Of a stretch of 64,000 bases of DNA, positions 39,501 through 49,500 are shown in pieces. The DNA comes from a virus. The stretch spans positions 18,611 to 82,610 of the IMG/VR virus record IMGVR_UViG_3300036770_004568; one strand, written 5' to 3'. Position 1 is the stretch's first letter. Every line of letters starts with the position of its first letter. The notes under the pieces were generated by a model. That model saw nothing but the letters and a program-made list of their open reading frames with translations. It did not search any database and had not been told where the DNA came from. The position numbers and the translations under genes are program-made.

Positions 39501-41711
39501 AACAGCCTGAGAACCAAAGTTGGGTGAGATCTTTGTGCCTGCAATCGCTGCGGCAGCATTGACATCAGCATTAACAATGACACCGGCGGCAATGGCTGTG
39601 GTAATGGAGGCACCACTGGTCAGATCACTGTTGACCGTTCCTGTGATATCTCCAGTTAGGGCAAACGTCCTAGCGCTAGACAGTGCCGTGGCGGATGTGG
39701 CATTGCCACTCAACGTTCCAACGCTCAGCGTATCGGTTGAGGGATTGTAGAACAGTCGATTGGCATTGGTAACAACATAGACAGGGGACGATCCTGCCGT
39801 ATTGTTATCTGCTCCAAACAGTACGCGATAGAAGTTGTTATTGGCTGTGGTAACTTCAGTTCGATTAACGTTGCTTGCTAGTGTCGCCGTTGATGCATTA
39901 CCACTTAATGCGGCAGTAATGGTTCCAGCAGCAAAGTTGCCTGATGCATCCCGAGCCACAACCTTGGAGGCCGTGTTCGTTGTCGTTGCATCAACCGCCC
40001 AGGTTGTCGCAGCAGATCCATTGAAGTTATTTCCAGTAAGATATGCCCCTCGCGTGAGCGTCTGAGTGGTATTGGCAGTAATGGTGATATCAGCCGTGCC
40101 ATTAAACGACACGCCATTGATCAGACGTGCTGTTTGCAGTGCAGTTGCCGTTGATGCATTACCTCCCAATGAACCACTGATGGGAGAGAGGAAGGTCTTC
40201 ACTCCAGCAAAGGTCTGGGTGTCTGTCGTCACTACACCCGAGTTGGTTCCAGATGCTGCGGGAATGGCGGCGCCCGTTCCAGTTGATGAGTTGATAGTGG
40301 GACCTGTGGTTGTCCCACTGCTAAAGCTCAGGTTGGTTCCAGGGACGTTAACGGTGAAAGTGGCGTTTGTTCCCTGGTTGGCTGTCCATGTCTGAGAACC
40401 AGTGGCAATCCCTGTTGCATTGAGTGTCAGAGTTGCATTGTTGACACCAATGTCAGACAAGCTCCAGGAATAGGTTGTAGAGCCATTGACAGATCGCGTC
40501 GTGCTACCAATGGTGATATTGCGTGCCGTACCCCAAATTGCCGTTGTAATATCGGTTGAGCCATTAAAGCTTGTGCCATTAATCTCCCGAGCTGTTGCCA
40601 GGGTAACGGCCGTCTGCGCAGCTAGTTCAGCCGTGGTCCAAGTGACATTAGCGGATCCATCAACAGCTTTGGCTGTACCACCAATACTGATCGTTCTGGA
40701 TGTACCCCAGCTTAATGTTGTGATGTTTCCAGAACCATCAAAGCTGGTTCCATTGATCAGGCGCGGCGTCTGAAGCGTGGTTGCCGTGGATGCATTCCCT
40801 ACCAGTGCAGCGGTAACTGTTCCTGCAGTAAAGTTGCCAGATGCATCCCGCAGAACAATAGTACTGGGTGTGTTAGCCGCTGTTGAATTAACACTGATGA
40901 CCGGATTACCACCAACAGCTGTACCATTGACAACACTAATCCCGTCCCCGCTAACTGTTATCTCACGAGTGATGATGGTGTCTGCAGCACTGCGAACAAT
41001 CAGACCCGTGGTCGCTAGGTTGTGAAACGCAGAAGCCTGTCCCGTTAGGCTCAGCGTCCAGGCACGACTTGCTGACAGATCCAGTCCTGTCGCACCGCCG
41101 CTCAATCCATTGGTGGTGGTGATACCAAGGGTGCGCGCAGTTGGCACCATGGTTCCAGCCACAAGACTGGTCGTACCATCTGCAATAATCAGTCTGCGGT
41201 TACCGCTTAGACTTTCTGTATTGACATCAACGTAGTAGTTGTTATTAGAGTTATAGATCCGCAGTCCATTAGCTGATGCTCGGATCTGAACGACTCCAGC
41301 CGTATTAAAGATGAGCGAGCCCGTGCCACTTGGTGCAACAGTAATGTTTTGATTGGTTCCGCCCGCACTCAGAGAGATCGGACCCGAAGAGATAATATCT
41401 CGAACTGAGAGCTGTGTGCCATCATCAATCCGAACAATACTGGCGTTGTCTAGCGTGTTACCAGTAATCCGATTGACGCGAACAACGTTGAAGTATCCTT
41501 CCTGGATTGCATTAGGACCCTGGACAAGGTAAATACCTTCCCCTTCAGCCGACAGCTGATTGTTGATGAATTGGAAAAGGGTACCAAGATCTAGTCTCTT
41601 GTTGCGATCACCGACTTGCGGCTCATTTTGATCAACAAGCAGCAAGAGGTTGTTACTGCGAACCGCAGTAATGTCTATAAGTGGAAGATCTGATACCCTC
41701 TTGTCCGCCAT
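36558..41711 (-). CDS. long tail fibre protein
   Basis: 1717 aa; GNASTAT.LQT.R.ING.SF.G repeats; C-terminal module of the fibre/spike family. Confidence 0.8.
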   Translation of the reverse strand: MADKRVSDLPLIDITAVRSNNLLLLVDQNEPQVGDRNKRLDLGTLFQFINNQLSAEGEGIYLVQGPNAIQEGYFNVVRVNRITGNTLDNASIVRIDDGTQLSVRDIISSGPISLSAGGTNQNITVAPSGTGSLIFNTAGVVQIRASANGLRIYNSNNNYYVDVNTESLSGNRRLIIADGTTSLVAGTMVPTARTLGITTTNGLSGGATGLDLSASRAWTLSLTGQASAFHNLATTGLIVRSAADTIITREITVSGDGISVVNGTAVGGNPVISVNSTAANTPSTIVLRDASGNFTAGTVTAALVGNASTATTLQTPRLINGTSFDGSGNITTLSWGTSRTISIGGTAKAVDGSANVTWTTAELAAQTAVTLATAREINGTSFNGSTDITTAIWGTARNITIGSTTRSVNGSTTYSWSLSDIGVNNATLTLNATGIATGSQTWTANQGTNATFTVNVPGTNLSFSSGTTTGPTINSSTGTGAAIPAASGTNSGVVTTDTQTFAGVKTFLSPISGSLGGNASTATALQTARLINGVSFNGTADITITANTTQTLTRGAYLTGNNFNGSAATTWAVDATTTNTASKVVARDASGNFAAGTITAALSGNASTATLASNVNRTEVTTANNNFYRVLFGADNNTAGSSPVYVVTNANRLFYNPSTDTLSVGTLSGNATSATALSSARTFALTGDITGTVNSDLTSGASITTAIAAGVIVNADVNAAAAIAGTKISPNFGSQAVVTTGTITGASLIPSSATVPTNGLFLPATNTVGISTASTERLRVDSSGRLLVGLAAAFNSHPLEVGTTSGSAIAIAQFSNNINPGLLTFSKSRGSLGVNTLVASGDDLGYIDFKGADGAAGLISGGAIFCEVDATPSTGVMPGRLIFSTTPAGSGAPVERLRITNSGSVLIGTTTNTNNSALVVNGTISETVNGVQHLVVSSADIGTAPNQIPLNGYLGSMAFQDSVAVSVGILAVTGAGTDSIPSTQITGTWFTGGSSTTTKPQLLIEPFGTTSTGWSASGTGLGINAVSGFAGRLLDAQVNGTSLLHITSSGRLSIPLGTAALPSIFPGSDTDTGIYSPGANRIGFSTSGVLASEVAADGTLVAYKDISLSDGASFTTTLQTVTATANRTISFPDASGTIALVAGASGQVTYNLGGAQSGDANFTWSSTTGLLLGRQLTVGSPAEASTPAISVTGAWFTGGSGSTTKPEVLIEPAGATSNSWSTSGTGLGINAASGFTGRLIDLQSNGTSVFNVDATGRLSIPLGTAALPSIYPGTDTNTGLYSPGGDQVALTTAGTQKFTIGSLDGNPTIENNFPTIRPTLDLAFAQTKSLDPRIAFTRASEGTYTDSQGVLRTASIDEPRFGHNPLTGECLGLLVEEQRQNLLLRSEEFDNASWVKATATVTQNATIAPDGQTTADLLIPSNLAANGALNQDLVKAASPVQYTLSCYGKAKEHSAFRLILRDPANSGNRADLIVDLTTGVTSGSFIGGTYTGLSSSVQFLRDGWVRFSITATTGSETGLRAQVVNNTTGDGTSGLFIWGAQLEAGAFPTSYIPTTGTAATRTADVASISGTNFSSWYRQDEGTVFADVASIKSGGRVFMFDDSTLNNRWELRGLSGIPTLSSWSGGVQVVGVGSGASLGDPSMTAYKAALTNQLNNAAIQVNSSAIGIDATCTMPVSQSRLFIGSFQGTSTFANGTIRRITYWPARLPNATLQALTQ

Positions 41712-41750
41712 TAAAGACTATGCGCCCCTAATGCATTATTCTACTTCAAC

Positions 41751-42218
41751 TCAACGTCGCCATTCGATATTTACCACCGGCTTAGGTGCAATGCTCCACA
41801 GAGCTTGAACACCACTGACTGTGAGTACAGCGGCCAAAAACAAGACTCCAACTTCAGCAATTGTCAGACTCCGGCGAACCACTTGCACTTGGGGCGTTGC
41901 AGAAGGCATTACATTCTGCTGCAGATATTGAGCTACAGGATCAGCTGCAGGAGCCTCAGGTTCTGGTGCAATTGCAACTTGTTCTTGCTGTTGAGGAACA
42001 GGATACGGCATCGCAGGTTGTTGAGCCGGAATGCTGTATTGAGGAGTGGGTTGATAGTTCATCAGCTTTGACCTTTGATCCAAAATATTGTTAAACTGTT
42101 CAGAGATACCATTGGAGTAATTCACATTCTTCATGGTTTCAGGATTGGGTTGACCAGGAACACCGGGCATCTTTGGCACTTCAAAAGGCATCTTTAGAGC
42201 GCTGTTCATCGTGAGCAC
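41751..42218 (-). CDS. hypothetical Pro/Gln-rich protein with a C-terminal TM helix
   Basis: AEVGVLFLAAVLTVSGVQALW. Confidence 0.6.
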   Translation of the reverse strand: MLTMNSALKMPFEVPKMPGVPGQPNPETMKNVNYSNGISEQFNNILDQRSKLMNYQPTPQYSIPAQQPAMPYPVPQQQEQVAIAPEPEAPAADPVAQYLQQNVMPSATPQVQVVRRSLTIAEVGVLFLAAVLTVSGVQALWSIAPKPVVNIEWRR

Positions 42219-42239
42219 AGATTTTTCTCAAGTATAGCA

Positions 42240-42671
42240 ATGTCAGACGGAATAGTTTCAGCCATTGACAGGCTCAGCAAAGAAGTGGCCACACTCAATC
42301 GGACCATGCTCGCCATCTGGTCTTTGATTGACAATGAAGAAACAGCCCATGTCCCAGCAGGCATGGCTGATGAATACATCTCTATTGATGAATGTGCGCG
42401 TCGGCTAGAGATCTCAGAGCAGACCATCCGCAACTGGATTACCCAAGGCAAGAAAGGTGAGCTGGGCTGGGTCGAGGGTGTGCACTACATCATCCTCCCC
42501 AGTGGACAGAAACGGGGATCAACCCGTTCCCGCTCGCACGTGCGTATCCCCTGGAACACGGTGATTCAAGACATGGTGATCCGTAAGCAAAACCGCAAGC
42601 TGGGTCTCAAGGACATCCAACAAGTCCTTGCCCCCCGCAATCACAGCGAGCACAAAGATCGTTTCTTCTAG
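42240..42671 (+). CDS. MerR/excisionase-like HTH DNA-binding protein
   Basis: YISIDECARRLEISEQTIRNWI...EGVHY. Confidence 0.75.
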   Translation: MSDGIVSAIDRLSKEVATLNRTMLAIWSLIDNEETAHVPAGMADEYISIDECARRLEISEQTIRNWITQGKKGELGWVEGVHYIILPSGQKRGSTRSRSHVRIPWNTVIQDMVIRKQNRKLGLKDIQQVLAPRNHSEHKDRFF

Positions 42672-42676
42672 ACGGC

Positions 42677-43144
42677 ATGAACCGATTCAAAGACGTTGAT
42701 ATCAATAAGGTCACACTCAAGAACTATGAGTCCCTGTTGCCTGATTCCTTGATCAAACAGGTCAAGCCCTTTCTGCCGCCTGAGGGTTCCTTCAAGCTCG
42801 CCAATCTCAGACGCTACTTGCGTCTCTGCGAAGCCTATGAACAAGAAGACCCCTACGCTCACTTGAGCATGGCAAATCAAATCCGCATGGCCTATCGCTC
42901 CATGGAGCCTGCAACGCTGTGTACCAAGTTTGATCGAGCTGACATTGAGACCCGTCGCCGTTTGCGCTGCGTTGCTGAATACTTGATTCGTCAAGATGAG
43001 TTTGTGAAACTCAAGGATGAGAATGATAAGCTGGTTAAACAAAAGAGCCTCAACGGCAAGCTGGTGGTCGTCTATCAACCTCTCCCCAAGATGTTGGATG
43101 TCCTCCGCAAGCAAGGTATTGACATTCCCGAGGAGATTCCATGA
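42677..43144 (+). CDS. hypothetical protein
   Basis: 155 aa in a tightly coupled operon. Confidence 0.7.
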   Translation: MNRFKDVDINKVTLKNYESLLPDSLIKQVKPFLPPEGSFKLANLRRYLRLCEAYEQEDPYAHLSMANQIRMAYRSMEPATLCTKFDRADIETRRRLRCVAEYLIRQDEFVKLKDENDKLVKQKSLNGKLVVVYQPLPKMLDVLRKQGIDIPEEIP

Positions 43145-43530
43145 GCTCACGACGTGAAAAACTGATTGCATCTGTTCTCAATCAAGGCTCAACCGAGCAA
43201 TCGGAAAAGTCTCTTGATACGGTTGTCAAGCTGGTTCTTGGGGATATGGGTCGCTTCTTCTATGAGTTCCACAAGGTCGATGGACCTGGAACGATGGTCA
43301 TGCAGCCCAAGAGTGAAGATGCCTCGATGTTCTACATGCCTGTAGCGGCGCTCCATGATTGGCGTGAAGACTGTCCCGATGCCGCCAAAGACATTCAACG
43401 CATCATTGAAGCTTGCATCAAAGTCGATCCTGAGGAGCAAGCGGCCTATCTGATTGTGGATGAAGATGGATTCCGCTTCTCGATTGTCGATTACAACAAG
43501 ACTGCTGAATCCAGTGTGAGTGAGAGCTGA
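43141..43530 (+). CDS. hypothetical protein
   Basis: 129 aa; ATGA overlap. Confidence 0.7.
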   Translation: MSSRREKLIASVLNQGSTEQSEKSLDTVVKLVLGDMGRFFYEFHKVDGPGTMVMQPKSEDASMFYMPVAALHDWREDCPDAAKDIQRIIEACIKVDPEEQAAYLIVDEDGFRFSIVDYNKTAESSVSES

Positions 43531-44117
43531 TGCCAAGGGTTCGATCCACCCACAACCAAATCTTTGAGTTCATCACTCCGCAGCTCATCCTCGATGCGGT
43601 GTATGCCGTGCTGGGAGAGATTGACTTGGACCCCTTGAGTTCTGATCTCGCTCAAGAGTATGTCCATGCCAACCACTATCTCACCCCGCAAGATGATGGC
43701 TTTAACACGGAGAGTCCATGGGAGGGCAGGGTCTACTGTTTTCCACCAACTGGTCTGTGGACCCATGACAAACGAACCGATAAGTTCCGCCTGGCCCATG
43801 CCTACTCCATCACCTGTCTGAGTGGACCTGTACTGGCCTTCCAGAAGATGTTGTATTACTACTGCCATGGGCATATCCGCCATGGCCTGATGTATGCCAA
43901 CAACCTGGAATTGATTCGCATGGATCAACGCACCTTGGACTTTCCCGTGTGTATCCCATCTTTTCGTCCCAGGTTGCTCCGTTATGACGGCGAGACCGTG
44001 GAGCTCAAAGACAGTGAAGCCGGGGTCTTTGTGTACTTTCCTGATGTGGATAAGCCCACGGAATCCATTGAGGAGTTCGCCAAGATCTTTGATAGATTTG
44101 GTCGTATACTCGCCTAA
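43530..44117 (+). CDS. phage Dam-like DNA adenine methyltransferase homologue with an atypical motif IV
   Basis: FITP...LGEIDLDPLSS; DDG...WEGRVYCFPP in place of NPPY. Confidence 0.6.
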   Translation: MPRVRSTHNQIFEFITPQLILDAVYAVLGEIDLDPLSSDLAQEYVHANHYLTPQDDGFNTESPWEGRVYCFPPTGLWTHDKRTDKFRLAHAYSITCLSGPVLAFQKMLYYYCHGHIRHGLMYANNLELIRMDQRTLDFPVCIPSFRPRLLRYDGETVELKDSEAGVFVYFPDVDKPTESIEEFAKIFDRFGRILA

Positions 44118-44800
44118 TGTCAATGATTCTCAAAGATCCTGCTGTCCTTGAGACGGAAGACCTGAGCTGCTACCACAAGCTCAGCGAATATGGTCTGTTG
44201 TCCGACTACGACATCATGCAGTGTGAGGGGATGATTGAACCCTTCACGGATCGCATCGTCCGTGAGATTGAAGGTCGTAAGATCCTTTCCTATGGACTGG
44301 GATCATATGGCTATGACGTACGTCTCTCAGGTGCCGAGTTCTTCATCTACAACAATGCATCTGAGATCTATGGTCCTGATACCCATAGCATTGACTGCAT
44401 TGACCCCAAAGCTTTTGACAAGGCTAAATATCTCAAACCCGCCGAGAAACATTGCGACGATCAAGGCAATGTCTACTTCCTGATTCCTCCCTACCGCTAT
44501 GCCATGGCTGTGGTTGAGGAATGTCTGAACATGCCCAGTGATGTCACCGCCATTGGCTTTGGGAAGTCCAGCTATGCACGGGTTGGTGTCAACACCCACA
44601 TCACCCCAATTGAAGCCGGATGGAAAGGCCATCTCACCGTAGCCATGTCCAACTCCACAGGCTTCCCGGCCAAGGTGTATGTGGATGAGGGACTGGCTCA
44701 GATTCTGTTCTTCCGTTCCGTCGAGTGCCGCACCAGCTACGAGGACCGCAGCGGTAAGTACCAGAACCAGGGCAAAACCGTGACCACCGCCAAGGTCTGA
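44117..44800 (+). CDS. dcd: dCTP deaminase
   Basis: SYGLGSYGYDVRL, GKSSYARVG, TPIEAGWKG, GKYQNQ. Confidence 0.92.
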   Translation: MSMILKDPAVLETEDLSCYHKLSEYGLLSDYDIMQCEGMIEPFTDRIVREIEGRKILSYGLGSYGYDVRLSGAEFFIYNNASEIYGPDTHSIDCIDPKAFDKAKYLKPAEKHCDDQGNVYFLIPPYRYAMAVVEECLNMPSDVTAIGFGKSSYARVGVNTHITPIEAGWKGHLTVAMSNSTGFPAKVYVDEGLAQILFFRSVECRTSYEDRSGKYQNQGKTVTTAKV

Positions 44801-45181
44801 TCAATACTGGGCAATGGCTTCAGCAGCACTGCCTTCATTGCCCTCACGCATCACCCGATCTGCCATGGCCGCTTGTCGCCGTCCGAATGAGCGGCCATCA
44901 GATCGACCTTGGGACCACTGGTACCGGCTGGCTGCACGCACAGCACTACGACGGGTTTGATTGCGGATGGCCCGACTGGCTTGCTGTTCATCCGGTGCAC
45001 CAAACCCTCCTTCGGTTTCACTCCAACGGCGATCCACAGACTGAGCATAACCTGGTTCGCGGTCGCTCCATTCACCTACGGATGTCCTGGGACCTTCATT
45101 ACCGTAGCGTTTGTAGATATCACTATCAACACCAAAGTTACCCCTAAAGGCTCTTGCACTACCAACCTTTGACCTAAACAT
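44801..45181 (-). CDS. hypothetical protein
   Basis: 126 aa, R/G-rich. Confidence 0.55.
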   Translation of the reverse strand: MFRSKVGSARAFRGNFGVDSDIYKRYGNEGPRTSVGEWSDREPGYAQSVDRRWSETEGGFGAPDEQQASRAIRNQTRRSAVRAASRYQWSQGRSDGRSFGRRQAAMADRVMREGNEGSAAEAIAQY

Positions 45182-45191
45182 AATCCATCAC

Positions 45192-45485
45192 TCAATAAAA
45201 GAAGTCAAAGGGTTCATCGTTATCACCATGGCAGATCTCTTCAAGATCATCCATGCTTTCATCACTTGGTGCATCAAAGCTGATTTGAATATTGTTCTCC
45301 TTCAGCACTGCAGCCAGGGCCTTGCGTTCCATGATCTGCTGCCAGACCAAGCGCAAATGGACTTGTTCTAATTCATCGCGACTCAAGTTCTTGATCGCAA
45401 CTTCAGTCTTCCGCAATTGGAATTTAGCTTCCAACGGAAGTTCAATACGAATTGACTCACTCTCCATTGGCTCTATGCTGTTCAT
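45192..45485 (-). CDS. nblA: NblA-like phycobilisome degradation protein
   Basis: IELPLEAKFQLRKTEVAIKNLSRDEL...L..QQIMERKAL resembles the NblA pattern L-S-L-E-Q-x-F...M-S-x-E-Q. Confidence 0.6.
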   Translation of the reverse strand: MNSIEPMESESIRIELPLEAKFQLRKTEVAIKNLSRDELEQVHLRLVWQQIMERKALAAVLKENNIQISFDAPSDESMDDLEEICHGDNDEPFDFFY

Positions 45486-45516
45486 ATCATTCTAGGTCGA
45501 CTACTTCAATACTACA

Positions 45517-46143
45517 CTACGAACCGCCAGTAGGCTGCTGCAACTCCTGCTGGAAGATGTTAAAAAAGTCAGCAAGCAGGTAGGGGTCAAGCTTTTGCTC
45601 TAAGTAGTTGATCGCCATGTCCTGCTGAATCGCGCCAGTATAGGTCTTGAAGCACTCCAACAGCAAGGGGCTGTGGAAGTCATCCCAGGTGGTCAACTCC
45701 GAGAGGAACAGCACCTTTTCTTGCCGTCTGCGCTCGATCAACAGCGGCATGGCGTAACCCCGCTCGTCATAGACCCAGCGCGTGAACTCCTCTGCGGCTT
45801 GCAGTTGCTTACCGTCCTCCAGCAAGGCAAACATCAGTGAGTCTTCAAAGGTGTCCAGACCTACTGAGTGGATGAAGGAGACCAGGGCTTCGTGCATGCT
45901 GTCATTGATCTCCAAGCAGCACTCATCAATCCACTGAGAGATCTCGCGGATCTGATCTTCTAGATATTGTTCAGATTTCTTCTTGGTGATCTTCTGCCCT
46001 GGCTTCACCTCTGTCCCATCAGGATAGAAGTTCAAGCCATAACCAATGACATGGGTGTCTGGATCATCTTGATCGGGCTGGGCCTCAGGATAGTACGTTT
46101 CGTACTTCTTGATGAGACTGATTGCATTCGGAAAGAAATACAT
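45517..46143 (-). CDS. second GH24-like lysozyme
   Basis: LIKKYE...IGYG..YPDG; ALVSF..SVG; AAEEFTRW; RRRQEK. Confidence 0.8.
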   Translation of the reverse strand: MYFFPNAISLIKKYETYYPEAQPDQDDPDTHVIGYGLNFYPDGTEVKPGQKITKKKSEQYLEDQIREISQWIDECCLEINDSMHEALVSFIHSVGLDTFEDSLMFALLEDGKQLQAAEEFTRWVYDERGYAMPLLIERRRQEKVLFLSELTTWDDFHSPLLLECFKTYTGAIQQDMAINYLEQKLDPYLLADFFNIFQQELQQPTGGS

Positions 46144-46179
46144 TGATCACCCGCCAGTCTCTTCAGTGTATCAAAATAT

Positions 46180-46512
46180 CTACCAGTTGTAGTTGCAGGC
46201 CCAATACCTTGGTGTCATCTTGTCCTTTGCCGTATCGCAGTTGTGACGGGCTTTGAAGTTGGCACGGCGCTTCTCATCTTGATGTCCTTTTTTACTCCCT
46301 GGTGCATCTCGGTAATGCTCGTATCCCGGTTCACCAAAACGCACCAACTTCTCTTCGCCGTCCTGGCACGCCCGCACTTTGTACTTCTTGCGTTCTCCAG
46401 GTGTCTTGACAGGCTGATTGCACTTCAGCCCTTGGAATTTCTTGGCAACCTTAGCTGCATTCTTATGTTGCTCAGAAGCCAAAACCCGATCCTCCAAAGT
46501 CACCAAAGCCAA
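46180..46512 (-). CDS. conserved small basic phage protein (true start probably near 46480)
   Basis: KLVRFG..GYEHY...RRANFKARH.C...YWAC...W. Confidence 0.7.
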   Translation of the reverse strand: MALVTLEDRVLASEQHKNAAKVAKKFQGLKCNQPVKTPGERKKYKVRACQDGEEKLVRFGEPGYEHYRDAPGSKKGHQDEKRRANFKARHNCDTAKDKMTPRYWACNYNW

Positions 46513-49500
46513 AGTCGAAATTCATGAAGTCTTTCTTTTGACTCATGGTCTTATTGTAAGACATGTCGATTTTCAAACCAAAGTCATTCAATGGCTTTTG
46601 CTCGTTGGCTCCAAAGTCAAAAGAATCAGCATCCATGGAATCACCAAACATATCCTTCATCGCAAAGTCAATAGGTGACAATGTTGTGCGATTAGCTTTG
46701 GTGATTGGTTCCATCTCCATCTGCATGTCATCCCTAAAACCAAATGCACTTAAGTCAAAGGGACTATTCTCAGTTCCAACTTTTCCGACAATACCCTGTG
46801 CTTCAAGTCGATCAAACTCAGGGAAGTACGTTCTGAGGTATTCATCGTTAACTTTTTTGCTGCCGCCCAATGCAAAGTAGTGAATCTCCATAAATTCCCG
46901 TGGCGGCATGGCTTTGCTATCAGTCCCTAGCCGCTCTAGCGATACTCCTTTTTCCGTAGCCCACTCGCTCCACGTCTTGTATTTGGGTTCCTTGGCTGTG
47001 CCGCCTTTGACCACACCAAGGTCACTAAGATAAGTGAACCAGAATGGCGTGCTGTCCTGCCAGAACTTGTCTTTCTCTGCTTGTGATGCATTCTGAGACC
47101 ATGTCACAAAACTCACATTGTTCCCCGTAGGATCTTTGCCAAAATTCTTGTTTGTCTTCTGTTGTTCCGTGCGATAAGCCTTCCACGCTTCTTCTGCATT
47201 GAGCCCATTGTCTCTAGCCCAAACACCGAGTTGTTTGCCACCCGTGTTCAAGATGCTTTGGGTAGAACTCAACACAATCCGGTTCCATTCATCTTTGATC
47301 TTGGTGAATGGATTGGTCTTGGAGTACCAGTCCACATCAAAAGCATCGGATCGCACAGAGATCTGAGCACCTTCAAGAATTGGATCATCCGGTCTGGTCT
47401 GACTAATGCGCTTGGCCCAGGAAACCCAAGACTGTGAAGGCTGATCTACAACAAAGGAGACGCGTGTATTGAGCGGAGAGTTTGGATCTTTTGTCTCCAC
47501 AATCCGCATGTTGTTTTCTGTTGCCCAGTAGTCCCAGAACACTTTTTGATAGGGCTTGCCTGAGTTGGGATCAATCTTATTGCCATTCTCTTTCTCCCAC
47601 TGGCTGTAGGTCATGTCAGCGGGAATTTCATTGACCTTCTTGAATTCAGTCCACGCACTTCCTGGCAGCAGCTCCAGTCCAAGACTGCTGAACCAGCTGG
47701 ACATGGATTGGTTGAGCTTGGCACCAGGGGCATTGTCAATGATGATTTGATCACTGAAGGATTCTTTGCTGATAATGCTTCGAATGGTTGAAAGAGCCTG
47801 GTCCTTGGTTCGTTGTATGTATTCAATACCAAGTTCTTTTTGATCAGGTGTCTTGCCTGTATCAATAACCATTCGAATTTGTTTGCGGATGCTTTCACCA
47901 GCAAGTGTTGAGATCACGCCTGAGAATTGTTCAATGTATTGCTTGACAACATCACTTAACCCTGCATCAGCAAACAACCCTCCATTAGCTGAATCGCCAA
48001 TACCAGACTTCTGAATCATCTCCATGAGATGCTCCTCAGGCGTTTTGAATGTTCCAAACTGAATTTGGTTGAGATACTCATCAGCCTGATTGGTCAAATA
48101 ACTGATCTGATCGGCAATCCGCTTAGCCACGTCTCCACCAAAGATGTCCGTATCATTCATGGTGAGCTTGACGTCAGCCGCCAGACCCAGAGCTGGATCG
48201 GCAATGTTCTTGGTATAAGCATCAAAGTGCAGCTTGGCAAATTCCTGTTCATTCAACAGATCAGCACCTGCTGCATAGGCTTTGTTGAACCATGCTCTAT
48301 ACAGTTCAATCTGTTGGTTGAGCGCTGTTGTTGATGTCTTATCGACATTGACAAGGTCTAACGCCTTGATATCGTTGGTGCTCAGATTCGTGGTTCCTTT
48401 CTCGACGGCAATGTTATGGATTGCCTTGATGTTGCTGTGCAGCTGATTGACCGTCATGGACGATCCATTGATTTCTCCAAGGCTCTGATTCAGATAGAAG
48501 CTCGAATCAAAGTCTCGACCTTTGGCCCAAATGGTTTGCAGGTTGGTCCAGAAGTTACCAAGAAGCGTACTTGGGTTGTTGATATTACCAATCAACAGCT
48601 CATAGTCCTTAGCAGCAAGATCCTGGAATGCCGTGTCTGATTGCTTCTCAAGCACAGGGTTGATATCACTAGCATCGACGTATTCAGCGAATTCACTAAG
48701 TGACTTTGATCCATCAAAGCGACGTTGCAGGAAGTCTTGGATGAACTGCGTCCCAAGGCGAGCATCCGCTTCTGTGCGCCCAATAACATTCCCCAGCTGG
48801 TTGCGGGGATTGTTGGGGTCATAGCGTGCTTTGAGCTCTGACTCAAACCAGTTTTGCCAGTTAAAGTTGATATTACTTCTCAGGCTAGGTGATTTCAAAA
48901 AGCCGTCTTTCAAGCCCAAATCACGTCCCATGCTCTGGAACATGTCGTTCATGCTTTCGAACGTGTCATCTTTTGTCAGACTCTCTAGTCGCTTTTGCCT
49001 TGACAGAGCTGCTTGGGCTTCACGGAATGCATCACCACGCAGGGCTGCAATTTTTAATTCCTTGTCCGCATTAGCCTCATTAAGGTTGTTGACACTCTCT
49101 TCTAGGCTCTGCTTAACCGCTGTATCAATAATGCCTTTGGCGTTGTCAACTGAGATCTTGCTAAAGTCAACGGCTTCTTTCTTGCTAGCAATCTCCGCTT
49201 CAATCTGCTTGTATGTCTCGCGATTGGTTTCCGCAATGTACTGGCTTAGCGAGACTCCATTATTAGCCACTCCAGATTTCTCATAGTTAATCAAAAGGGT
49301 TTGATAGGTATCAAGCAGTCCTCCATTATTAAAGGAGGCAAGGTCTTTCCATGACCCACCACTGCTCCAGCTGTAGGTTCCTGTCGAGGTCTGCGTCAGC
49401 TTTCCTGATTCCCGCAGCTGCATGAAGGCATAGGCTGCTTCATACGGATTAGCTTCTAGCTTTTCTGGATCAATGATGACATTGGTACCACTGCCGTTCA

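Noticed and set aside
9572-41711. Diversity-generating retroelement acting on the fibre genes
   Set aside because: No reverse transcriptase in the window, and the repeat mismatches I checked are not adenine-specific.
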